Positions 37,594 to 48,964 of a DNA stretch of 64,000 nucleotides are shown here, piece by piece. A program made the translations under genes and the position numbers. The DNA comes from Octopus sinensis. Its lineage: Eukaryota. Positions within the stretch are counted from its first letter, which is position 1. Every line of letters starts with the position of its first letter. The notes beneath the pieces were generated by a model. It saw only the letters and a list, made by a program, of their open reading frames with translations. It was not told the origin of the DNA and ran no database searches. The DNA lies in contig NC_043004.1 in assembly GCF_006345805.1 (NCBI RefSeq), positions 310,001 through 374,000 on the forward strand. The letters are read 5' to 3'.

Positions 37594-38499
37594 TGATGAT
37601 GATGATGATAATAATCCTTTCTATTATAGGCACAAGGCCAGGATTTTCTAGGGAGGGGAACAATCGATCACATCGATCCCCAGTCGTCAACTGGTACTTA
37701 ATTTAACAACCCCGAAAGGATGAAGAGGAAAGTCGACCTCAGCGGAATTTGAACTCAAAATGTAGCAGCAGACGAAATACATAATAATCCTTTCTATTAA
37801 AGGCACAAGGCCTGAAATTCTGGGGGAGGGAATGTGTTTAATGACATTGATCCCAGTGTTTCACTGGTACTTAATTTATCGACCCTCAAAGGTTGAAAGG
37901 CAAAGTCAACCTCAGCAGAATTTGAACTCAGAACATAGCAGCAGATGAAATACCGCTCAGCGTCTTGTGTAGCGTGCTAACGATTCTGCCAGCTCGCCGC
38001 CTTAATAATGATAATAATAACAATAGAAATAGAAATTATAATAATAAAATATCCTTTTAACTAATAGGCACAAGGCCTGAAATTTGAGGGAAGCGGGGGA
38101 CAGTCGTTTACATCGACCCCAGTGCTTGACTGGTATTTAATTTATCAACCCTGAAAGGATGAAAGATGAAGTCAACCCCGGCAGAATTTGAACTCAGAAT
38201 GTAAAAACAGATGAAATACCGGTTTCTTTACTGCCCACAAGGGGTTAAACACAGACGAGACAAACAAGGACAGACAGACGGATTAAGTCGATTATATCGA
38301 CCCCAGTGCGTAACTGGTACTTAATTTATCGACCCCGAAAGGATGAAAGGCAAAGTCGACCTCGGCGGAATTTGAACTCAGAACGTAACGGCAGACGAAA
38401 TACAGCTACGCATTTCGCCCGACGTGCTAACGTTTCTGCCAGTTCACCGCCTTGATAATAATAATAATAATAATAATTATTATTATTATTTTATTATTA

Positions 38500-38534
<35 letters not shown>

Positions 38535-38725
38535 TCAAATTTTTGTCACAAGGGCAGCTTGGGGGAGGTGGGGATGAGTCAATTAGTACTTATTTTAATG
38601 ACCCCGAAAGGATGTAAGGCAAAGTCGACCTCAGTGGGATTTGAACTCAAAACATAGCAACGGGCGAAATGCTGCAAAGCATCTTGGCCAGCATGCTAAC
38701 GATTCTGCCAGCTCACTGCCTTCAA
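37085..38725 (-). mobile_element. Array of seven co-oriented SINE family B copies separated mostly by (AAT)n
   Basis: Units start near 37085, 37345, 37615, 37790, 38050, 38221 and 38535; each has the shared central domain. Confidence 0.9.
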
Positions 38726-38989
38726 TAATAATAATAAATTACAATAATTTTTAACATAAACACAAGACCACATATTTTTAAGAATATGGTGCTGTTGGTT
38801 ATATTAGTTGCTGTACTTGATTGCGATTTGAACTCAGAACAAGAAGAGACGTAAGTAAATTGCAAGGCATTTTGTCCAATGCTCTACCATTCTACTATCC
38901 AACATCCTTTCTAGTAATGATCGTAAATGTGTCAAAGCAAAACACACCAGAGTCCAATTAGGAAGGGAATCTTTTAATGAATGATGGGT

Positions 38990-39660
38990 AGAAAACTAAT
39001 ACGAGAGAGAGAGAGAGAGAGAGAGAAGACATAGAAGGGGGTATGGGAAATAGAGGGGGGAGACAAAGACTTGGATGTATTTTGATGAATGTGGGCTGGA
39101 TTAAAGGAATATGAAAGAAATGGGGGAGGAAGAAGAGGTGGGGGCAGAGGAGGTGAAAGAAATGAGTGAGTTGAGGGGAGGCAGTGCAGTGTTGATGTAA
39201 TGAGAAAGTGAGGAGAGAAGGGCCAGAGTTAAAATTGAGAAAGGATGGTGAGAAAGTCGTAAAAGAAAAGAAGCAACTTGTAAAGTGTGTGTGTGTGTGT
39301 GTGTGTGTGTACATAAATATATCAAGAAAAAATAAAGACAATGGTGAAGGGGGAGGAAGAGGAGGAGGAAGAGGAGGAGGAAGATGAAGAAAAGAGATAA
39401 GAGAGAAGGAAAGAGAAGAAAAAGAAGTGCAAGAATCAGAAAGAAAAAAAAAGAAAAAAAAATGGTGCAAAGAGGAGAAAGATGATGGGGTGGGGGTGGG
39501 GAGTAGAAGAAAAGAAGGAATCAGAGAGGGAAAGAAAGGAAATGGTAAAAAGATGAAATGAAGAGAAAAAAAAAAAGTGGAAGAGATGAGGCTGAAGATA
39601 AAGACTGAAAACTTCCAAGTCAGAACTGAGAAAACGATAAACAGATAATAATTCTCTCTT
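38990..39660 (+). repeat. Purine-rich low-complexity region
   Basis: GA/GGA/AAAG-rich with an embedded (TG)n. Confidence 0.8.
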
Positions 39661-40039
39661 TCTCACTCTCATTTAAATGTATTATTATTATCATTATTAT
39701 CATCATTATTATCATTATTGCTATCATTATTATTATTATTATTATTATTTAACAGTTTTCTATGCTGGCAGGGTTGGACATTTTGGCAGGAACTGGCAAG
39801 CCAGAGAGCTGCACCAGGATCCAATTGTCTGTTCTGGCAAGGGTTCTATGGCTGGATGCCCTTCCTAATGCCAACCCCTTCACAGTGCACCAGGTGCTTT
39901 TTTTTTTATATGGCACCCACATGGCTGCTTTTAAACATTACTATTTTCTCTTTATCTCAGGTTCTGTAGGAACTGCCGGAGTGTCACATGCATAGCAGGC
40001 TTGCTACCTGCAACCTACAGTACCATCCTATCCGTTTTT

Positions 40040-40430
40040 TCAGCTATCTAATACTATCCTGTTTATTCTGGCCGAGCCAAGGAAGCAAACCTTTTGTAAC
40101 AGTTCTACTGGGCACTCTATTTCAAGTTACTTTATATTCTCTTTGATGCCTTCTGATACTGTTCCCAAGGACCCAATAATAATTGGCACTATCTTTACCT
40201 CCTTCGTTTTCCATAGCAGGGCTATTTCGTATTTAAGAGGGTTGTATATACCTTTTTGCCTTCCTTCTTGAGTATTCGTCAGTCAAAGGGGCATGCAACA
40301 TCAACTATATAACACATGTGGCGCACCTTGTCCACCACCACAAGGTCCGTTCTGCTATGCTCTTGTACCTGATCTGTTTGGATTGGGAAATCCCGGAGGA
40401 TTTTGCTAGTCTCTGACTCCACCACTCTCT
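40040..40430 (-). mobile_element. R4/Dong-type non-LTR retrotransposon, restriction-like endonuclease C-terminal fragment
   Basis: Minus strand SKILRDFPIQTDQVQEHSRTDLVVVDK..CYIVDVACPFD and YNPLKYEIALLWK..IVPIIIGSLG..LLQKVCFLGSARINRIVLDS* (decayed PD..D-x-K-Y region). Confidence 0.85.
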
Positions 40431-40461
40431 GTGGCTTGTGCTCATAATACATGTTGCCTAT

Positions 40462-40495
<34 letters not shown>

Positions 40496-41141
40496 CATTA
40501 TTATTAGCCCCTTTTGTTGCCATATTTCTGTTCAAATAAGCTACCTTTGTTCCAATTTTGAAAAGAATGAAGAACTTTGTAAAATCATTTTTCCCATGAT
40601 TAAAGTTGAAAAGGTAGACAATAAATTAATAAAAAATTTTGATGAAAAGTCGGGTCTTTTTTTTTTTTTAATTCAGATCCCTTTAAAACAGGAAGTTTAT
40701 GTCACAGAACCAAGAGCAGCCTCAGATGGATTTTGTATCCAAAGAGTTAATCTAGAAGGCAATAGCTTGTTGACAGAATCGGTAAAGTGTCAGATGAAAT
40801 GTTCGATGTGATGTTTAGTTCCATCCTTTTAGATTCTGCATTCAAATCCTGCTAGAGTCAAAAACTTTGCCCTTCATCCTTCTCAGCGGAATTAAGCAAG
40901 GAAGAATCAACTTAAACTGACCAGTGTCATTTTAAGTGACCTCTTCCCACAGTTGGCAATTTTTGCTTTTGCCACAATCCAACATTATTATCAACATCAT
41001 CATCATCATTGTTTTATCCATTGTTGAAAATACCAGTCATGTACTGAGGTCAACAGCTTCAACTAAACCCTCCTATTCAATTTGATGGCCTTGATCCTAA
41101 ATGAAAAACATTATTGTTGTTGTTGTTGTTGTTGTAGTAGC

Positions 41142-41200
<59 letters not shown>

Positions 41201-41299
41201 CAAATGGAGTTGATTAGCAGAAATAATTTGGGTGCCAGAATAATACCTTGTGGTATTTGATCCAGCTCTCTACATTTCTAATTCAAACCTTGCTGAGAG

Positions 41300-41432
41300 C
41301 AAATTTGCTTTTCATCCATCCAGGTACCAGTTGAGTACAGGGGTTGATGTAATCAATCACCCACTCCTCCTGAAGTTGCTGGCCTTGTGCCAAACATTTT
41401 AAACAGGCATTATCATTATTATTATTATTATT

Positions 41433-41464
<32 letters not shown>

Positions 41465-41697
41465 ATGGGGTCAAAATAATCGACTAATTATTAGAAACAT
41501 TATTATTATTATGATTATTATTATTACTATTATTATTATTATTATTCCAGTACACAACTGGTACTTAATTTATTGACCCCGCAAAAGGATGAAAGGCAAA
41601 GTCAGCCTTGGAGGAGTTTGAACTCAGAACATGAAGACAGACGAAATGCTGCTAAGCATTTTGTCCGGCGTGCTAACGATTCTGCCAGCACACTACC
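41300..41697. mobile_element. SINE family B fragments (+ 41300-41400, - 41545-41697)
   Basis: Shared central domain and tRNA-like head. Confidence 0.75.
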
Positions 41698-41960
41698 CTT
41701 TATTATTATTATTATTGTGCAAGAAACAATTATTGTTATTTAACTTTGGTTGCTGTAAGCTCATAAAATTGTCGGTTCCCCGTTCTATTCATGAAGAAAG
41801 GGAGCACAGATGGTCAGCAAGTAGTCAGTAGGTAGATATATATTTATATAGCAAGTGGTTACATACAGGCTTTTGTCTCTTATCAGGTAAAAAAAAAAAA
41901 AAAAAAAAAAGCACACACCTCGTCGGAAACGAAGTGTCAGAGTTCTGAAATGACTGAGTT

Positions 41961-42251
41961 TCAAGGAGAAGCTGCTGGTGTTTCGGACACTGATGCAAGC
42001 TCTGTTTTATGTTCCCCACCTTCCTCATTTGAAATCTTCGATGTGGAACCTTGTTGAAGGAATCGCTGCCATTTATTCAAACGGTCTTGTCTTTCTTCTT
42101 CCGTTTCTGCAATGTCGAATTTCTCTTTCCCATCCCAGGTCTCGGCTACAATCTTTTTCTGTGCAAACCACCGACCATTCAAAGCTACAATACATTCGTC
42201 GGCTTCTTCAGGTTCTCGAAAAGTCACTGATATCACACCTTTCTGGTTTCG
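41961..42251 (-). CDS. HTATSF1: HTATSF1 (Tat-SF1/CUS2) last coding exon: C-terminal half of the UHM plus a short tail
   Basis: Acceptor ttcttcttgtag, then RNQKGVISVTFREPEEADECIVALNGRWFAQKKIVAETWDGKEKFDIAETEEERQDRLNKWQRFL, matching human RHPDGVASVSFRDPEEADYCIQTLDGRWF..WDG..EETSREREERLRGWEAFL as recalled; phase 0; TGA at 41963-41961. Confidence 0.93.
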   Translation of the reverse strand, partial: RNQKGVISVTFREPEEADECIVALNGRWFAQKKIVAETWDGKEKFDIAETEEERQDRLNKWQRFLQQGSTSKISNEEGGEHKTELASVSETPAASP

Positions 42252-42396
42252 CTACAAGAAGAAAAACAAGCATATAAATTTTGCATCAACAGGTGTAATA
42301 TTACCTAAATTTTTTATACATATACACACATACATACACATATGTACATATATAAATATATATATATATATACTTATAAACATCTATCTTTCTATC

Positions 42397-42452
<56 letters not shown>

Positions 42453-42457
<5 letters not shown>

Positions 42458-45326
42458 CTGGGCAGGGAACACTGACGGGGTTGGTGGCGTGGGTATACTT
42501 ATCGCTGAGAAATGGATAGATAGAGTAATTGAGGTAATCAGAGTAAGTGACAGAATACTTAAGATTAGAATAGTGCTTCATAATAGATTAGCAACCATTA
42601 TATCGGCCTATGCCCCTCAGCCAGGGCTACCCGATGGACAGAAAGACAGTTTCTATGACACCCTACTGCAGACCACCTCATCGACGAACGACAGGGACCT
42701 TCTCTTTGTGGCTGGTGATTTCAATGGGCATGTTGGACGACATGCTGGGGGCTTCCATGGCGTACATGGAGGCTACGGTTATGGTTCCCGCAACGAGGAG
42801 GGAACCAGGCTGCTGGAGTTCTGCGATGCGAATAGTCTTATGGTCTGCAACACTAACTTCAGGAAACCAACAAGCCACCTGGTCACCTACCGATCGGGCC
42901 GGCATACTAGCCAAATCGACTACATCCTTGCCAGAAAAAGGGAAAGATGGCTGCTTAAAAATGCCAAAACCTTCCCAGGCGAAGAATGCACCCCACAACA
43001 TAGACTGGTAGTTAGTGACTTTAGGATCAGGACTAAGAGGGCGACTAGAAGACGACCAACATGGAGAAGAAGGGTCTGGAAGCTTAAAGCCCCTGCGAAT
43101 GGACAGAGATTTAGAGATATGTTACTTGAAGCCTTTGACGAAGTGGAAGGGGGTATAGCTACACATGGGGTAGAAGACAACTGGACGTTTCTGAGGGACA
43201 ACCTGCTGAAAGCCGCTGACCAGATCTGTGGCTGGTGCAAAGTCCCCTTAAGACCCAAAATAACGTGGTGGTGGAACAATATTGTTGACAGGGCTATTAG
43301 ACAAAAGAAACAGGCTTGGAAGGCCTGGAAGAACGGTGGTAGCAGGGAAGGGTATCAGACTGCCAGAAGGGAAGCTAGGAGACAGGTCTATCTAGCCAGA
43401 GGGGAAGCAGATAAGAGAAAATTTGCCAATGTCCTGCGCCGTGAGGATGAAAGACTTGAGGTATTTCGTGTTGCAAGACAGTGTGTGAGAGAGAATCGTG
43501 ATGTGGTAGGAGAGAAATGTGTTCGCATGGAGGATGGTTCACTTGCGCTAAATGAGGATGCAAAGAGAGAAGCTTGGAGACGCCACTATGAAAGGTTACT
43601 GAATGAGGAAAATGAATGGGATAAAGAGAGTCTGCCGAATGTTGACCCTACAGAGGGACCAGCTATCCGAGTTGATAGTTCCGTGGTAGCTAAGGCAATT
43701 AGAAGCATGAAGACAGGGAAAGCCCCAGGCCCATCAGGAATTACTGCAGAGATGCTCAAAATATCTGGCAGTGTCGGCTATAACCTAGTCACCCGTATAG
43801 TCAACCAGGTGATACACGAAGGAGTCATACCCAATGACTGGTGCAGCAGCATACTAGTCAACTGCTACAAAGGTAAAGGTGATGCCCTAGATACAAATAA
43901 TTACAGAGGTATCAAGCTGTTGGATCAAGTAATGAAGGTTACGGAGAGGGTCATAGCCCAACTAATTAGAGAGAGAGTTAGTTTAGATGAGATGCAGTTT
44001 GGGTTCGTGCCAGGGAAAAGTACCACTGATGCTATATTCCTGGTAAGGCAGCTGCAGGAGAAATACCTAGCCAAAGATAAGCCCCTGTACCTGGCTTTCG
44101 TTGACATGGAGAAAGCTTTTGATAGGGTCCCCCGATCCCTTATCTGGTGGTCAATGAGGAAACTAGGGATAGATGAATGGCTGGTGAGGACTGTGCAAGC
44201 CATGTACAGAGATGCCGTAAGTAAGGTTAGGGTTGGCAACATGTACACAGAAGAATTCAAAGTAGAGGTTGGGGTCCACCAGGGTTCAGTACTCAGCCCC
44301 CTCCTATTTATCATAGTACTCCAGGCAATTACGGAGGAATTCAAGACAGGCTGTCCCTGGGAGCTCCTCTACGCTGACGACCTTGCTCTTATTGCTGAGT
44401 CACTATCAGAACTGGAGGAGAAGTTCCAGGTGTGGAAGGAGGGTTTAGAATCAAGGGGCCTTAGAGTCAACCTAGCTAAAACCAAAGTACTAATAAGTAG
44501 AAAGGTAGACAATCCACAAATATCTTCAGGAAGATGGCCCTGCTCGATCTGTAGAAAAGGTGTAGGTAGAAACTCTATAAGATGTACCCAGTGTAAGCTA
44601 TGGACACATAAGAGGTGCAGCAATGTCAAAGGTAGGCTAACTGGGAAGATAGTTTTTGTATGTGGCAGATGCTCGGGAGCATTAACCTCCGAAAATCTGC
44701 AGAAAACAACTTCCGTCACTTTCCAGGGGGAAAAACTAGAAGTAGTTGATAGCTTCCGTTATCTAGGTGACCAAGTCAGTAGTGGGGGTGGGTGCGCTGA
44801 AAGTGTAACTGCTAGAATAAGAATAGCCTGGGCAAAGTTTAGGGAGCTCTTACCTCTGCTGGTGACTAAAGGCCTCTCGCTCAGAGTAAAAGGCAGACTA
44901 TATGATGCGTGTGTACGAACAGCCATGCTACATGGCAGCGAAACATGGGCTGTGACTGCTGAGGACATGCGTAAGCTCGTGAGGAATGAAGCCAGTATGC
45001 TCCGATGGATGTGTAATGTCAGTGTACATACTCGACAGAGCGTTAGCACCTTGAGAGAAATGTTGTACCTAAGAAGCATCAGTTGTGGTGTGCAAGAGAG
45101 ACGATTGCGCTGGTATGGTCATGTGGCGAGAATGGATGAAGATAGGTGTGTGAGAAAGTGCCAATCCCTAGCAGTTGAGGGAACCCGTGGAAGAGGTAGA
45201 CCCAGGAAAACCTGGGACGAGGTGGTGAAGCACGACCTTCGAACTTTAGGCCTCACTGAGGAAATGACCAGAGACCGAGACCTTTGGAAATATTCTGTAC
45301 GTGAGAAGACCAGGCAGGACAAGTGA
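42453..45326 (+). CDS. RTE APE-RT polyprotein, about 957 aa, N-terminus missing
   Basis: ORF 42342-45326 minus its microsatellite-derived YI run; no internal stop. Confidence 0.85.
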
Positions 45327-45411
45327 GCCCAGCCCACTTATGAATGCCTTTCCTCCCTTGGACACAAAGACCGGTTGAGGCAAGCGAAGTCGATATAGAA
45401 CCTCATCCGAC

Positions 45412-45869
45412 GACAGACACCCATGCCAACCCCCCATGCTTGCGAAGACATGTTGGGGCAAGCGAAATCGAAATCGAAATCGAAACCGAATTGAACCAGC
45501 CAGGATCCCTGGCCTGGTGGTACGTAAAAAGCACTATCCGACTCGTGGCCGTGGCACGTAAAATACTCCAATGCGACCGTACGACAGGCACCCATGCCAA
45601 CCCCCTTTGCTTGTGAAGACATGTTGGGGCAAGCGAAATCGAAATCGAATTGAACCAGCCAGGATCCCTGGTCTGGTGGTACGTAAAAAGCACTATCCGA
45701 CTCGTGGCCGTGGCACGTAAAATACTCCAATGCGACCGTACGACAGGCACCCTTGCCAACCCCCTTTGCTTGTGAAGACATGTTGGGGCAAGCGAAATCG
45801 AAATCGAATTGAACCAGCCAGGATCCCTGGTCTGGTGGTACGTAAAAAGCACTATCCGACTCGTGGCCG
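45412..45869 (+). repeat. 159-bp tandem repeat (about 2.8 copies) in the RTE 3' UTR
   Basis: Units start at 45412, 45583 and 45742; the first has two extra gaaatc-like hexamers. Confidence 0.9.
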
Positions 45870-46347
45870 ATGCCAGCACCGCCTCGACTGGCTTCCGTGC
45901 CGGTGGCACATAAAATACACCAATCTGACCGTGGCCGTTGCCAGCCCCGCCTGGCACCTGTGCAGGTGGCACGTAAAAAGCACCCACTACACTCACGGAG
46001 TGGTTGGCGTTAGGAAGGGCATCCAGCTGTAGAAACATTGCCAAATTAGACTGGAGCCTGGTGCAGCCTTCTGGCTTCCCAGAACCCCGGTCGAACCGTC
46101 CAACCCATGCTAGCATGGAGAACGGACGTTAAACGACGATGATGATGATGATGATATATATATATATTATATATATATATATATATAATATATATATAAA
46201 TAGATGAGTGTATTTTTACCTTGTTAACAATTAACACGGAAAATAAATAAATAGTTACCAGGGCAGCAAAAATCTCACAAGTAAAGATGTTGTAACTCCT
46301 TGTTTATAAAGGTTGAAACTTCGTGTTTACGTTGAATATTTTGAATA

Positions 46348-47070
46348 ATATGAATAAAAAATGGAGTTAACGCAGGTTTAAACAAGTATTTTTACTTTCG
46401 ACACATGTTTCGAAAATTCCACTGATACTATTCAAAAGAATAAATGGTATAAACAATGCAATCTTCTCTTCGGGAAAGTGAAAAGACGAAACTCGTCAAT
46501 ACGACATTTTAGCAAAAAATGATGGATTCGTATAGCGATAGACAGAACGCTATTAATATTGTTTAATAAAATGTTATATGATATAACGTCATAAGTAGCT
46601 AACAGAAAGAGTAGGGATACCAATAGTGAATGTTAAATATAAAGGAAATTAAAGTTTAAATTATATATAATGATAGAGACTACTTATATGCACTAAATGT
46701 ATGTTTCTGCCAGTGCTTACATCTGTATGCTCGTTCTATAACTGTGTTTACTAGAGTATTTTTAGAAATTTCCTTTATATTTAACATTCACTATTAATAT
46801 CCCTACTCTTTCTGTTAGCCACTTATGACGTTATATCATATAACGTTTTTTTAAACAATATTAATAGCGTTCTGTCTATCGCTATACAAATCCATCATTT
46901 TTTGCTAAAATGTCGTATTGACGAGTTTCGTTTTTTTCACTTTCCCGAAGAGAAGATTGCATTGTTTATACCATTTATTCGTTTGAATAGTATCAGTGGA
47001 ATTTTCGAAACATGTGTCGAAAGTAAAAATACTTGTTTAAGCCTGCGTTAACTCCATTTTTTATTCATAT
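46348..47070. mobile_element. Foldback element with about 303-bp inverted arms and a 116-bp spacer
   Basis: 46348-46650 is the reverse complement of 46767-47070 with scattered substitutions; ends at (TA)n. Confidence 0.9.
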
Positions 47071-47094
47071 ATATATATATATATATATATATCT

Positions 47095-47390
47095 TCATCA
47101 TCATGTAACGTCCGTTTTCCATGCTGGCATGGATTAGAAGGTTTGACTGAGGACTGGTGAGCCAGAAGGCTGTACCAGGCTCAATCTGAGTGTGGTGGGT
47201 GCTTTTTATGTGCCACTAGCACGAGAGCTAGTTAGGTGGTACTATCATCGACCACGCTTGAATAGTGTTTTTTATGTTCCACTGGTACGGGACCAGTTAG
47301 GTGGTACTGGCATCAACCACGCTCAAATGGTGCTTTTTACATGCCACCAACACGGGTGCCGATCAGGCAGTACTGTCATCAGCCCTGTTC
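47095..47390 (-). mobile_element. RTE 3' UTR fragment
   Basis: catcatcatgtaacgtccgttttccatgc.. is the reverse complement of the RTE 3' terminus. Confidence 0.8.
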
Positions 47391-47754
47391 ATCAAATCCC
47401 CTCACAAGGCTTTGGTCAGCACAGATATATAAGAAGATACTTACCCAAGGTGCCAAGCAGTGGGACCGAATCAAAGACCATGTGGTTTGGAAAACAAGCC
47501 TCGTAACCACACAATCACACCTATGTCCTACCTACACCATACTTATGCCAATTAGAGACGCTCTTAAACAACAATCAATAAAATTACAACTCATTTACAA
47601 TCAACTGTTTCCCATGTGTATCCTACTCTTAGAGATAGACTCACCCTTTACCTGAAATAACTGGCACCAGGAAAAGCTCTTGGCCATAAAACAATGCCTA
47701 AAAAAAAAAGGGAACCTTGGTGAACAAAAATTAAATAGTTCTGGAACCCTTGAG

Positions 47755-48140
47755 TGCTGTGTGGTAAGAAGCTTACTTCCCAGCCACATGGTTCCAGGTT
47801 CAGTCCCAATGCGTGGCACCTTGGGTAAATGTCTTCTACTATAGCCTCAAGTTGACCAAAGTCTTGGATCTAGTAGAGGGAAACTGAAAGAAGCCCATCC
47901 TGCATGTGTGTGTGTGTGTGTGTGTGTGTTTGTCCTCCACCACTGCCTGACAACTGGTGTTGGTGTTTACATCCCTATAACTTAGCGGTTCAGCAAAAGA
48001 GACTGACAGAATGAGAACCAGGCTTAAAAATAAATAAATAAACAAACAAGTACTGGAGTCAATTCGTTCAACTGAAAATTCCTCAAAGCGGTGCCCCAGC
48101 ATGGCCACAGTCTAATGACTAAAACAAGTGAAAGATAGAA
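47755..48140 (+). mobile_element. SINE family A, near full length
   Basis: Head, body, (TG)n, and 3' gcggtgccccagcatggccacagtctaatgactaaaac. Confidence 0.85.
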
Positions 48141-48270
48141 GCTAAAAACGTTGGCCGTTTTCTACCTTTTCCTAGCAAAATGATAAAGGGTATCAAACTA
48201 CAGTGTGGCCACACCTTCCGCTAAAAATAGCAGCCAAAACCTCCTCAACTTACATCCTATTAGACAATGT

Positions 48271-48964
48271 GGGGCTAATGCAGTTTCGCTTCTCTCCTTG
48301 AAAAATGTATTTTTTTGAAATTTTTTTGGGGGGAGGGGGATTTTTATGTTTTAGATATTGGAGATTACGAATATGCAAAAAAAAAAAAAAAATTTATTTC
48401 ACCCCCACTTCCCCCCCGTTTAAATTTTTTATTTTGTTTTCCTTTAAAGAGATCGTAGCGAACTAACGAGCTTATTTATGCAAATAGAAATTAAATACTG
48501 ACTAAAAGATTAAAGTGAGAAGAATTAGTGTTTTACTTGTTTGCCTTAAATAATCGTAAATAATAATTAAATGTAAATTAAATATACACCATTTTATGAG
48601 AAACAAACATTAATGTTTAATAATTAGTGTTATAAAGTTTAACAAGGGTTCAAATTTCACCCTCCCCTTCAATTTTAAACTTTGAACTTTTTCATCCATC
48701 TATTTATTTGTTTTTGTCAACTAAATGTGGCGGTCAAAAGGAAGGCACTCATTTCTATCTATCTATCGCTTTATACACATATCTATATGCTTATTGAATT
48801 TAAAATTTTGAAAACATGTTTTTTTTGCATATTCGAAAACGTTTCAAAAAAATTTTTTTTTTTTGCATATTCGTAATCTCGGACATCTAAAACGTAAGAA
48901 TCCGAAAAAATTTTTTCGAAAAAAATGTCTTTTTCATGGAGAGGTGCGAAACTGCATTAGCCCC
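48271..48964. mobile_element. Non-autonomous DNA transposon with about 120-bp TIRs, GGGG termini and 8-bp TSD (Merlin- or MULE-like)
   Basis: ggggctaatgcagtttcgc... versus ...gcgaaactgcattagcccc; flanks gacaatgt / aacaatgt. Confidence 0.8.

Larger units (their letters stand above)
42453..46155 (+). mobile_element. RTE-clade LINE, 5'-truncated in the APE domain, otherwise stop-free ORF to 45326, long 3' UTR and (GAT)n tail
   Basis: GVGILI, SAYAPQ, GDFNGHVG, SQIDYIL, QHRLVV (APE); FVDMEKAFDRV, GVHQGSVLSPLLF, LYADDL (RT); RGRGRPRKTW; (TA)n on both flanks. Confidence 0.97.

Noticed and set aside
37085-38725. Regularly spaced repeats resembling a CRISPR array (also 45412-45869 and 58441-58826)
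   Set aside because: Units are SINEs or tandem repeats without unique spacers; eukaryotic context and no cas genes
42342-42452. ATG start and YIYI N-terminus of the 994-aa ORF
   Set aside because: Derived from the flanking (TA)n microsatellite; the LINE sequence starts at about 42453 and lacks its real start
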